The position numbers were made by a program, and so were the translations under genes. Source: Auanema rhodensis (Eukaryota > Animalia > Nematoda). From it: a DNA stretch of 64,000 bases. Below are positions 11,701-25,000 of this stretch, in pieces; positions within the stretch are counted from its first letter, which is position 1; each line of letters opens with the position of its first letter. The notes beneath the pieces were generated by a model. It saw only the letters and a list, made by a program, of their open reading frames with translations. It searched no databases and had not been told where the DNA came from. The stretch is from assembly GCA_964057225.1 (NCBI GenBank), contig OZ059899.1, positions 7,874,001-7,938,000 of the forward strand, given 5' to 3'.

Positions 11701-12828
11701 AGCTAGATTATTGTTTTTTAACTTTTTATTCAAGAATCTGGAAAAAGCACAATTGAAGACTATTGATGCTTTTAAAGAGGATTGTCCACCTCCAGTAGAA
11801 TGTACCTTGCCACCTTCATATGCTTCATCCAATGCCTTCTCTACATTAGATGTTGTGAGATTTGTTTTTCCTTTTTACTTATTTGTCATTTTTACTTTTA
11901 GAAAGTACGACCTCAATTAACAAAATCAGCAAGTTTCTTATTCCGTCCTTCCCATATTGGTGTTGATCACGACTTATTTAGTGAAACTGTTCCTACCTGT
12001 GATGGATTTAATGTATGGTTATTATAATTAATGTTGTGTAAAACAGTTTCTTTTAGATCACTGATAGATTATTCATCAAGCTATCACCAGAAGTTACAGA
12101 AAGTGATGAATACATCCGTACAAAAGCATTACTACGAACTCTATTATTAGAACCCGCTCAGTTTAAGTTGGCAATTGATAGCCAACTAGCCGAAAATAAG
12201 CGTGAAGATGTTTGAGTTATTTGATAAAACTTTTTAAGATTATTTTTGCAGGTTGCTATAAATATGTACGCTCGAGAGGCTGAAGAAAACGGTGTTCGTT
12301 CAGGAAAAATTAAAGTAATATATTGTTTTATGTTAATATGTATTATTTGTTTAGCTATCTCTTTTCCCAAGTGGTGAAATTGACAATACTCCATGTATGC
12401 CTATAGATCTTACAACTACCGTTACTTCATCTGAAGATATTGAATTAACTATCCAAGATGTATGTCTTAAACTTCAAAGTATGTATTTTTAGCATAATTA
12501 TTAGGTTGTAAATGGATTTGGAGGCTCAAATATGAACAAAATTGTGGTCAAGCATGATTGTGATAGTGATCAAACGCCTGAAGCAAGTTGCAGCTCGCAA
12601 CAGCCTACTATACCCACAGAAACAGTGGAGAAAAAAAAAAGAAAACGTAATTCTAAAACCTCAATTGTTCCTAAAAAAGTAAGAAATGCTTAGTGTTCTT
12701 TTTCTAACTATATTTTACAGGAAATTATCATCCCTCCTACTCCGAAGACTATAAAATGTGATGAACCCCCAGCTAAACGATCACGTGTTTCAGCTCCTAA
12801 ATTACGAAGATCTGTAAGAAAATGTTGA
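8781..12828 (+). CDS. SNAPC4: snRNA-activating protein complex subunit 4 (SNAPC4/SNAP190; nematode gei-11/snpc-4), multi-exon
   Basis: Tandem Myb repeats WTPNELKLL, GPWDKEELQKL, WTQEEDEKLIALV..RHRQQVRTRY, GRWTDPEDLLLMCAV..PGRTDVQCRDRW, EWTLEDDEKLLYAV..QCRYRF; N-terminal LALNEAYIELV coiled segment and YLPPYFKD motif. C-terminal exon boundaries are less certain. Confidence 0.9.
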
Positions 12829-13660
12829 TTTTAATTAAGGCATGTTTAAATTTGAAAAATTGTATATTTCTTAATCTGTTATTCAGTTCTAAAATTTTAT
12901 TTCTTGGGAATTTTTTGTGTAGTTATAAGTGAAAGACAATATTTTTAGTTATTGCAATCCTCATTTACTTTGAGTTATGTCCATGTTCTATCACTGAACA
13001 AAGTTTTAAACATGAAATAGTGATAGAACTTGTATTAAAATAATGTTTTCTTTGGAATATATACCTTTGAGCAAGGGCATCTTGCATATATCTTACTGGT
13101 TACTAATGTATTTAGTTATTTTGTCCTTTTATCTTAAGTTTGAACTGTACGGAATATGCGGTGCTAGGCATATGAAAATCTATTTTTCGAAATGTTATAA
13201 GATTTTCTTCATCTTTTAATAAATCTCTTCTTTTATCCTCAGGAAAAAGCTTTTAATATTTTTTATTTCAAGAAAACAAATAATTGACATTTGTTCAATA
13301 AATTTATTCTGACACATTATTAACACAAGCTACCGGATGATGTGATCACCAAATATTGAATAAAGTCACAATAAATTCTGATAAAATTATTGGCTAAAAA
13401 GCCAAAGCAAGGTCAGTATTAAAGTTAATATCGAATTTGTTTGTAAATATATGCATATATTATATATAGAGGTACTCTGTTTAAATCTATTACGAACGAA
13501 TGTATAGACAAGGAAAAACAGTTTTATAGCTGAGATCCGTACAAGGAAAGAGTTTTGGTAAAATCCGGAAAAGGGAAACGAATAAATTCGTAGCAAGATG
13601 GCTATCGTATATTATAATATATACGACTTTTATTACTATATATTCATGAGCTTTAAGTGT

Positions 13661-16600
13661 TTAGCTGAGAAGTTTCATGACTAAACAACGAGTTGCATCG
13701 TTTTCCATGTCGAATTGGAACTGAAATTTAAAACATATATATTCAACTACAGATTATAGTACTAGATTTTTGATCAAATACTTCTCTCAAATATCTCTAA
13801 CAGTCGATTGCAAAACGAAAATAACATAATTATCACTATGTACTTATTCAATGTGAATAAGAAATATTGGTGGTGAAGTATTTCTAACAATTGTTAAAAA
13901 TTTCCCTCCTCTTCTCTTCTCTTTCTCTCTCTCGAATTTCGAAACATTTTGGCATTCCATTTCTACTTTGGTTTATCAAAAAACTTCAATTATACTCACC
14001 CCGCATCCATCACCGAGATTAAAATCATAAACTGATTCAAGTTCAGCATCTAAGCTGCCATCAGCATCTTTTAGCACAATATCCAGATCGAATCCTAATG
14101 AATCGGATCCAATTGATGGAGTATTTGAGTGTGTTTCACTCAGTGGATTTGAATCAGCAGGAGATGTAAGAGCAGGAAGGCGTTCTGAAAATGAAACATT
14201 CTTATAAAATCCAAGCAATAGTTAATGATACTGTCAAAAGTTTTTTTAGAGAACTCTCAAGAAAAGCTTTATAACACTTACGTTGATTAGCCATTTGTTT
14301 GGCTTGTAGAGAATTACGCAATTCCATACGGACTAGCTCAGAACGAGATGGTGGTCGCCCGGATGCAGTCCAGTAAGGGGAGGAAGCAGATGAATATCTG
14401 GAAAAAAAAAAGATAATAAACCATAATTTTTCAAATTTTAAAGTTTTTTCAAGCTCTGCTATATCACTACTGAATACTATACTCAGTTAGTGTATTTTTA
14501 TATTCTTCTATGGTATACTTAATCGCCTATACTAGCAGAGCAATAAAACTGAGGACAAAGTTCTAAGCTAACGCAAATAGTTAGAACAAGCATTTTGCTC
14601 GGTCATTCTCTTATTTGTGAGAAAAATCCATTCAATACAACTACTGTTTTTCCTTTTACCCATCTTGTTTTAGAATACATGTTATAAAAACAATGAGCAA
14701 TAGCAATAGTAGTAGCAATAGTATATCGTTATATCGAAAAATTTTTTGATTGCCTACTTCCTGTCCAATCATCTTCAAACATTCCATTCAATCTCTCGCT
14801 TCTATTTTGTCATCTTCTCATATTTTCTCTCTATCTCCTCTCTCTGTGTGAATATATGTTGATTTCTTTTACTTTTTTCGTCTCCATCTGCTTTTGTGGG
14901 CATTTCATAATAAGTCACGCTACTCATTGCGGATGTGCCAAGTTGAAAACATGCGTAGATAGATAGCAAAAAAAGAATGAGAGGAAGCGAGCAAAAGAAA
15001 ATAAGTGAAAAGAATGTTGTAAAAACAAAAACAGATCTAGTCTGTTGTTCCGACAGATAGATCAGAGTATCCATGCTGTAAACTTGTAAACTGGAAGATA
15101 AAGTCATTAAGCTGGACTTAAAGAAGCTAATGTCGGATTTCGTGTGCACGAATGGAGTGACCAACGTTCCCTTCGTATACAATCACATCGCGATACGACG
15201 CTCGAAAAATTTTGTATTATTTGAATTACGAATCATCCATTTTCAGGAAAAATAGGTTTGTAGTTTGGAACGAAAATGAATTTAGCACCAAACACCGAGA
15301 CTGTGATTTTTTTTGTTAAGTTCAAACTATGAAGAAACAAAAAAAAAAGAATATGAGTATACTTCCGATTACTATAGTTTTTCTGATGAAAAAGTAGTTT
15401 TTGTGTTGCTCTTACTTCTTTGGCATTTCGGAAAAATCTTTTTCTCCTTCAACTAGTTTGTTGTTGTTTATCGTACATTTAACGTACAGCGAATGCTTTG
15501 CTCTGTATGTCCACAACGAGAACGATGGACTCGAGCTAGTAATACAATAATACTACAAGTATACACAGAAAAACAAATTTTCGCTCAGAACGAAATACAT
15601 AAACATGTACTCTGTACAGTACAATTAGTTGTCATACTTTGATTTGACATAAAACCTTTTGGGAATTAAGTTCAATTTGAAATTGCAGAAATTTGTACTA
15701 TTTTCTCGGAATTTCAGAAACAAGATTGTCTTGATAAAACATGTTTATAAAAACTATATGCTCAGATGTTTCATTCATTTAGGTATTCATTTCTTTATTT
15801 TATTTGATATCGAATAATTTAGTGACCAAAATGTTAACAAATTTTCCGTGCCCAGCAGAACAGATGAATATCCAAAATATTTTTTTTTCTATTTTTCCAA
15901 AAAGAGAAAAAAATGGTTTTCACACTCAAATGAGCATATAATCTTAGTATTTTCTCAACTCCAAATATCTACATACTGAAAACAACCAGATGTTTGTCCA
16001 GTACAAAGCGAATGAAGCCCTCGGGACTTTTCTTGAGGTCCAGTATACGGCACAACACGAATAATAATCTGGTTGAGCCTTCTGTGTTCTACCGGCTTTA
16101 TTCACTCAGTATAAAGCCATTTGTGGGTGTATTTTCTTGTTTTTTAGAAGCAAAAGAAATTAAATTACCTGTAGGGAGATAAATGATTATTCATCGAAGA
16201 ATGATGCATATCTTCCATCATATTCATTTCCATAACAGAGCCACCCTGAAAATGAATGTATTGGAAAAAATTAATGTATAATCTGATAAATATATATTGT
16301 AATTATAGAAAATACCAAATTTAATATAAAATTAATTTTTCTTGTGTTCAAAATTGTTAATATAGACTATGATTTTTTCTAATAAATGATGCATTTATTA
16401 AAATTATAATTGAATAATTATAATTATAATTACCTGAGGAAAAGCATTGTATCCGGGTGGATGATGACTGTAATTCATAGGATTCGCTGGTCTTTCTGGT
16501 ATTGCTGGAGCCGAAGCCTTCCTTTTTTGACTCTTAGTCGTCGCAACTGGCTGACTAGGAGCAGCATTTTGAGCAAAATGAACCTGGAAAAGACGAATGT

Positions 16601-19600
16601 CGTATTATTGAAAGTTTTCTTTTTTCGTTCAAAGGCTATTATTTAAACACATGATATATCTATATCTATATATATTATATATAACAGGAACAAAAATATA
16701 TCCCCCACCCCTTACGTTTACACATAATCTTCATTCAACCAATAGCTTAATACTACATATAAACAAGATGTTAACTATGTTTTCTATATAAAAGTTTCTT
16801 AAGCTTTTCTGACGTTTTATCAATATGCTCAGCATTCCAAAAATAACTCGAAAAGAAAGGAGAAAAGAAGCCTATTCAGTATGAATATTTCGTGTTCTTC
16901 TAAACGTTTGTATTTGTAATTTACTATTTCTTTTTTTTTTTAGTTTTTTAATCAAATGCGAAACCAAAAAATAAATACGGGACTCAATGTATTGAACTTT
17001 TGACGTTTAGGCCATTTGAACTAATGTTTCAACGAGAACTAGAATTACGCCCATTCTAGACTGATCATAGAACTCGCCAAATTCTGCTGAAATATTCATT
17101 TCTCAAGCAAATCCTTGGGACCATGATTGAAGTATATCTGCTTCATCAGCTTTGTATTTGTGTGATGTTTACACATAATTTTTGTTAATCAATGATGCTT
17201 GTGCTTAACTACTTCCCTGAGTTTTTAAGAAAAGGGCTCAAGTGTTTTCACGGGTAAGACGAGATACAGAGAGAAGAGCTTTTTCAAAGAGCGGCGTAAA
17301 AGTGCGAGAGCCGCAACGGAAGATGACCGATCTTTGTACAAAAGATATGCTTTAATCTGAATTCATGTTGTGAATCGATTTAAATACAATAAGCTGCAGA
17401 AGGTTTAACATGAAGAGTTACATAGAATCAAGTGCATTGATGCTCATATATCATTAATGATTCAATTAAGACAATAATATATTAAGCAATCTTCGCAACA
17501 CAAGATCTTTGTTGATAGCACTTCTAAGTGAGGGCAACTGCAAAATTTGTGGACAATTACGATAATTAGTTTTACAAGCAAAAACAAAATAAGATTCAAG
17601 AACTATATGTAGCAATGAAAGTGCAAAGTCACAAAAAATTGTGATTCTTAGGCGAATTGCTATAACGAAAATGATTATCATGCATACATCGAAAGATGCA
17701 CATATAAATACATGAACCAAAATTAAAATATTTGAAATGTTTACGTCAAATTTCACGTGAATGCACAAGTTGTTTGGTCTAGTTCTGCCTACATGTTTTG
17801 ACGTACTGTTCAGTGATTTTAGACACACAGGAACCTTTTTGCTCATTTTCAAACAAGAGGGAATAATAAGATAAATATGGAAGAACAGGCAAAAACATAT
17901 TACAGATTATTTTTTCTTTTTTTTTTGGAACTGGCCAAGAACGAATAAAAATATTTTGAAAAAAAAAAACCGTAAATATGGGGAAGAGTGCGAATATTTT
18001 ACGAAAAACAATAGATTGTTGCGATTAGCACGTATGTTAATTATAAATAATTTCACATGAAATGTTAGAAAATTTTTTTCGTGACTATATGGTTATGATT
18101 AAAAATATTACAATAATAATTATGACATATTATTTATCTAATTTATAGAAATTTCTGTTGGGTCTAGAATTTTGAGTTTTGGTTCTTCAAGCTTTAACGA
18201 TATGTCTACTTTTACAAAACTTTGTCTAAGAAACAATTATATAAAAACAAATGTTCGAATTAATATTTTTAACTTAAAATAATCTATTATTTCAAATATT
18301 CTACCGAGTGACGAAATCAGCAGAAAAGTTGTCAATAATAGACAGACAGTTTTTATGAAGCAAAAAACATGATGTCGAAAATCGTACATACACTATTGAC
18401 ATACCTGATGAACAGTCGTAGGTGTTGGAACTTGGGATTGATAATAGTCTGGCCAGTGACCAGGGTGGTGATGAGGCTGGGAAGCTGATGCAGCAGGTAC
18501 ATTGTGGCCGGGACCGAGCTGACTCTGACTGGGCATCATACCGGCAGCGTGATGTGGACCGGGGACCGTTGGAGGAGCAGCGTGAACTTGGCTGGCCATT
18601 GGATAATCAGGGGGACATAAGCTGGGATGAAGATATGAAGAGCTGAAATATATGATATTCTATAATGTGATCTGTGTGTTTTAAAATATTTGTAAATAAT
18701 TTTCGAAACATATATATAATATATAATTTTTGAAGAGGTTTACCAGGATTATCTTATCCTTTATGAATTAAATGGATTAAATAAAAATAGAGAAAATCTT
18801 TGAATATTTTTTGAAATCAATGTAAAAATTAAATCACTGATATTGTATTGATATATAAATCACACTTGCAAGTGAAAAGCTGAAGCGGAAACTTTTACAG
18901 TAAGAAACGGGGGTAAGTAAAATTACAGTACTAATGATTTGAATTAAGGAAGAAAGTAACAAATGTTTTGAATATTAGCTGATATTAAAGAGATATGAAT
19001 ATATGTTCTTAAATATAAATCATATCCTTTTAATCTAAGGAACATTTAGGATGGCAGAACACCATAGGTGCTGGGCATGTGTGGAAAGAAGCTTGACAGA
19101 ACGTATTTGTTATTCGAACGGCTCTAGCCTGCAACTGTTTTGGAAAACATTAATGTTTTTCCTTGCCTTGGAAAAGCTTTTGCAGAGAGGGAGAGATGGA
19201 AAGAAAGTGAAAAGGAGAGTAGAAGGAGACGAAGAGATTCATAGAGAAAAGTGAAATAGTTAGAGATAGAGATAGAAAGAAATAAGATGAACACAGAAGT
19301 ATAAGGAGAGAATGAAAGATAGAAAGACAGAGAGAAATGAAAGAATGAAAGGCGTGGTGGGTGGCTAGTTTCGAGATAGAGGAAGAGTAAAAAGGAAAGA
19401 ACGGCATTATGAAGCCGTATGACTTTAGTGCTGTTATTATAGTTGATTTAGTTATTACAACTGGACCAGTGTTTATTTATCACTCGTCTTGTAACTTATT
19501 AGTTATGGTTAACATTATTCTTTTATTTGAAAAATATTAAATTTAAAAAATATATAAATATATAAATATATATTTATATATGTATATAATGTATAGATGA

Positions 19601-20616
19601 TATATGAAGTATATGTTTCAAACAAACCCGAAATCAGTTAAAAATCAAATAGCTGGGCAAATTTCAAAAAATGTTGTGAACAAGAAGCGAAATATAGCAG
19701 GCTAGACGAGAATGCAACCGCTCGTAAGGATTAGCGAATTTGGTCTGAGCAGATTGATTACGTAAAGCACGTCATTTCGTGAATGACGTGCAATAATTAA
19801 AATATTTACTGGAACAATCATAGGTAAAAGAATAAGACTGGGGATAACGAATTGAGAAATGATAAATTATGATTTGAAATTAAGAACAAAATATATTAAA
19901 TATGAATTGGCTTTTAAAGTATTTACAATACTCATAATATGTTCATACGAGCTAAAACCAACAACTAGTTGACTCATTTGATCTAATCATAAAGCTGCAA
20001 AGACGATAATACCGCCTCTGTTTATCCAAATTCCAATGTAACAAAGACCAGAGGTTAGAGATTCAGAGTTGACTGAGGATCGATGTTTCACTGCGCCAGC
20101 CTGTTATCTCTGTACAAATTGCATAATTCTTTTTTTTTGCAAGGCAAAAACTATTTTTCAACAATGGAGAAAAGTTAAAATAATGTCTACATTGCCAGCT
20201 TATGATACTAATTCACAACACACGAAACCCACTACCCTTTCTATCTCTTCTCTACTCTCTTTGTCTTGCTGTTTCCTATTTCTCTGTTAGATTTCAGTTT
20301 CTGCTCTTAACATCAATGTCCATTCGTCTGTTGTTGTTAGTGTTTGGTCACAACAATGGTTGGCAAAAAACAGAACCTTCAATAGACATACGAATAGCTT
20401 GAAGCTAACTTTCAGCAGAAAAATAAAAGATTTTAAAACAAGTAGGCATTTAGGTGTTCATAGATATATTATTTTGATATAGACAAGTAAGCATAATAAC
20501 TAAAAGAAAATTAATTTGTTTAGTTTAAGAAGTACATTAAATTCAAAAGTAAAAAAAAATGAGAAAAATCAAAAATTTGCTCATGAAACTATTTTGTATA
20601 TTTGATAGATAGTTTT

Positions 20617-20658
<42 letters not shown>

Positions 20659-22007
20659 CTATAATGTATATATGTTCTGTGTATGAATGAATCAACTCTA
20701 ATTCTAGCAAGAGGGTTCCTCTGTTTTGACATTAAGACGAACAGCGTTCAGAATTTGCGTTGAAAGTGCTTGGGTGGCACCGTGGGTGGCTGTTCTATGT
20801 GATAATAGACGTGGTTGTGTGGACATCGATGACGACGATAAAAAATAGAAGTGAATGATGAAAACATGTGTAAAGAGAGTAAGACAGAACAGGAGATTGG
20901 AGAGAAAATGGAGCGGCAACAGCTGGATGCAAACAACAACAACAACAACAACAACAATAACAAATCGCTTAGTAGTAAAGGAAAAGTAGGTGGAAGTGAA
21001 GAGAAATAAACACAGAGGGAGTAAGAGAGTAAGGAAGAGGGAGAGAGAGAGAATAAAAAATAAGAGTTATGAGATGTTCAATGCTGGTGGTTTACAACTA
21101 TAGTATATCTGAACCAACCATCAACAGCTATAGTAAGATCAGCAGACTAGGTTGACTTAAGTTAATGTCCGAAACTGGACAGCAAAACATTGGTATTGGA
21201 ATAAACAATATTGAGAAATATCAGAAAAAAACGAAAAGCCAGTATCATAGTAGTATCAGTATACAGATATTATAGGAAATATAGATCTATATATATATAT
21301 ATATATACATTGATGTAGAAATGTGAATGTCTACATATAAGAATCAAGCGCCATTTCGCAGTTAAAATGTTGAACTGTTTGACCACGTGTTATCTATTTC
21401 TCAATGATATTTCCGCTTTTCATTGTGTTTGATTTTTCGAAAAGGGAGTGGAACTATGAAACGAAAGAACATGAACATCACTTGCATGACATGATATTGG
21501 AAATTTTACAAAAAAAATATAGGTATGAATAAGCTGAATGAAAAAAATAATAGAGGAATGGTATGATATTTGAAATAAGAAAGAAACATTCAGATTTAAT
21601 ATCGGCATAAGCAGAATTTAAAGAAAAAGAAGATAATATTTGTTAAAACAACTTTATGCACTTAGAAAAACTGATTTCAAAGTGTAAAAATTAAAAAAAA
21701 AGAGCAGTTGATAGAACTCACCACTGATTATTTGGGTATCCGTTCATATTGTTAGGCATAGATCCAATATTACTATTATTGTTATTATTGTTATTATTGT
21801 TATTATTATTATTTGTATTATTATTATTATTGTTATTGAGGTACATCGATTGTTGGGCCGACATGCTTGAACCCTGCTGCTGGTACATAACCGGCCTAAA
21901 AACGAAGAATTTAGTGAATCAAACTAGAAAAATACAAGTGAGAAGTATTATGTAAAAGAGACTGGAGGTGCCTATGTGAGAGAGGTACAGGAAAAGAAAG
22001 AAATGAA

Positions 22008-22066
<59 letters not shown>

Positions 22067-25000
22067 CCGAATGTAAACAAGATAGAGAGAAAGATTTTTT
22101 AAAATAGGGATTAGGAATATGCTTTCAAGCAGGAACAATCAGTTCGAACACACATGCTATCAATGTCTATACTCGAAATTATGAGAGAGAGATGTGGCGA
22201 ACTAGACACCCGATCAGCTACACGTTGAAAATATTAACAATTTATGATACTGAATGATGATAAAAAGAGATAAACAGAGAAGTAATAATAGACGGCTGCT
22301 ATGATTCTCAGGATTCAATACCATATTGACCACGAGGGCATTCTTAAGTGTGCCTTGTGGGTGTCCTGATATTCGTTTGACCAAACTAGGAAGAAATAAG
22401 CGATTGTTTTGTGGAACATAGTCAGTTATTGTTGCGTAATCTGACAATAGTTAAGAGAAAATTGTCTTATTTCGTTTTGCTTTTACCATTCCATACGTTT
22501 TTCGTCATCTTTGTCGTCATTCAAAATAGAAAACGACAACGATGGACATAACATCATCGACAACGTCGTTGATGAGGGTGACTAGATAGACGATACTAGA
22601 TACCTTCCTAACTTTGTACGTGATGATGGGAATAAAAGGAAAAAAAAGGAAAAATTGAAATAAAAGATAGACAGAAGTAAGAGAAAGAGAGAAAAAGAAA
22701 AAGAAAGATCGATAGCTAACCAGAGGACGAAATGATCAAAACCGGTACCGGATGAACCTAACGACCTGAGCTGGTCTTTCATCTATGGAAGCAGGAAATT
22801 TTATACAATTTTCTTTTTAGATTTTGCATGAGATGGAAAAGAAAAATTTATCTATGAACTGACACAACAGATGGTTACGATGACAATCGAAGTAAATAAT
22901 TGACTTTCTATGGTTGACAGCGTCAATTATGAAAAATTTTTCTGGTTGAGCTAATAGATTTGATGCATACACCATAACTATTCCGTATAATTCATTTTAA
23001 AACTTAGGAAGTTTAATTATAAAATTAGCCATAATTACAAGAATAGATAGTCTACGATACGACAAATCCAAGATTTGTACTGATTAATCATTCCGAAATA
23101 AACAATAGACACAAAACAAAAATACAAAAGTTTGAAATTCGATAAGAATAATTGAAATCTAGAAGAGAATTTGAAGAGAATTCTTAGAATACTGATAATA
23201 TCATGATCACCATTTTTTGAAAAATGGTCAATAGTTTCGAAAAAGGAAAGTACGAACATAGTTAAACCAAACTAGGCATTGGTTGAATAAGTCAATATAG
23301 ATTCGGAAAAGAAACAAACTCCAAATATTATAAGAAAAATGTCTGAATATCAGATGATTTTCATTCCAGAAAGACAATAGAACGGATGGCAACTCTGATT
23401 GCAACAGCAAGAATATTCAGAGGATGACATTTAGATGAAAGAAGACATGATCGTAAAATCGCTGAAGGTCAAAAAGAATATCGGGAGAATAAGCTACCCG
23501 ATGACTCTCAGATAATACTTGCTTAAGAGATATTCAAACATAATATGAAGTCAACTTGTATTATATTACAAAGTACTCTAAGTTGTTGAGATTGGAGACT
23601 TTTGAAGATGTAGACGGATATGCTGACGACATACGGATTTGCTCGACTGAGCTGTGATCTTTGTGGCAGAAGGAGCAAAGAAGACGATGAAGAAGAATCG
23701 AAGAAGTGGAACGAATTGGCCAGGGTGAATCGACTCTCTTCGATTCTACATGCATCGAGCTCTTCCCTTTCCTCTTGTTCTCACTCTTTCCCCCTTTTCT
23801 TTCTCATGACTACGGGTCTCTACTTCCTTCAACTGTTCCTTCTACTCCTCTTTCTTCTGCTCCTTTAGCGCCATTCTATTCCATGTGTGGTGAGCCAGGG
23901 TCCAGCCAACCCAATAGACTAATCAATCGGCCAACATAGACATACATACATACACACAATCCTTTCCGAAGCTTCCGAAGGAAGGAGAAAGACATGAAAT
24001 GGGGCAGAGAAGAGATGAATATAGAGAAATATTTAGAGAGGAGATGGAGATAGGAAGAGAGACTAAAAGAAAGACACAGGAAAAATAACCCAACAAACAT
24101 GTAAGGGTCAACTAAGATGGCGAAGTAGTAAGCTACATAGAACCCGATGCTCGAGGTGAAAAGCCAAGTTTGAACAAGTCCAAGGGAACATGACGTGAGA
24201 TTAATGGGATCAAAGGCCACGCGACTCGCGGGGGTGTGAGGCTCATTGCAGTTAACGAGTTAGAAGGATACCAAACAACGATTATAAGAAAATAATTTTG
24301 AGAGTACTGCAGGAAGTGATGCTTTATTTTGGATTATTTCGAGGAGAGTGTTAGGGGTGATAGATTCAAGCAGATGAAGCTGAGATTGTGTCCCAAGATT
24401 ACTCATTTGTGACCGCTCTATGATTGTTATCTCGGCAATCTAGAACTGCTTAAATGAGACAAATGGGGTGATAGCTAGTGCCTGTGGTCCAAAAGGGAAA
24501 AAGTCCAGCCACCACAAGATGTACGAAAGGAAGAGATACTCAGTATGTTGATTGACTTGAGATTGAATGCTTCAAACATAACAGAGATATTGATAAAACG
24601 AAGAGAGAGAAGCAGAAAAGGAATCAACCCGGAAAGTGAAAAGAGAACGTCGTGCCAGGAAGAGAAGCTGAATCGTTGGAACGCAATGTTCTATAAGATG
24701 TCAAGATGTTTGGGTCGGCGCAAGACTGATAGCCAATAGCCAATGGTCCAGCATCACGTACATAAAGAAGGAAATAACAGTTCGAAAATAAATTAATAGA
24801 ACATAAGCTCTATAATGATAGATAAACATCATCTACGTCATTTCGTTTCCTTTGAAATAAAACTAATTATCAGAAATCAGAACTTTATAGGTGTGAAGTT
24901 TGTGAATATTATTGGTAAACTATACAATATAGATGAAATCAAGAATTTAAAATCTTAGTTATGACGAGAAGGAAAAGACCTGATAAGCAAAAAATGTCAT

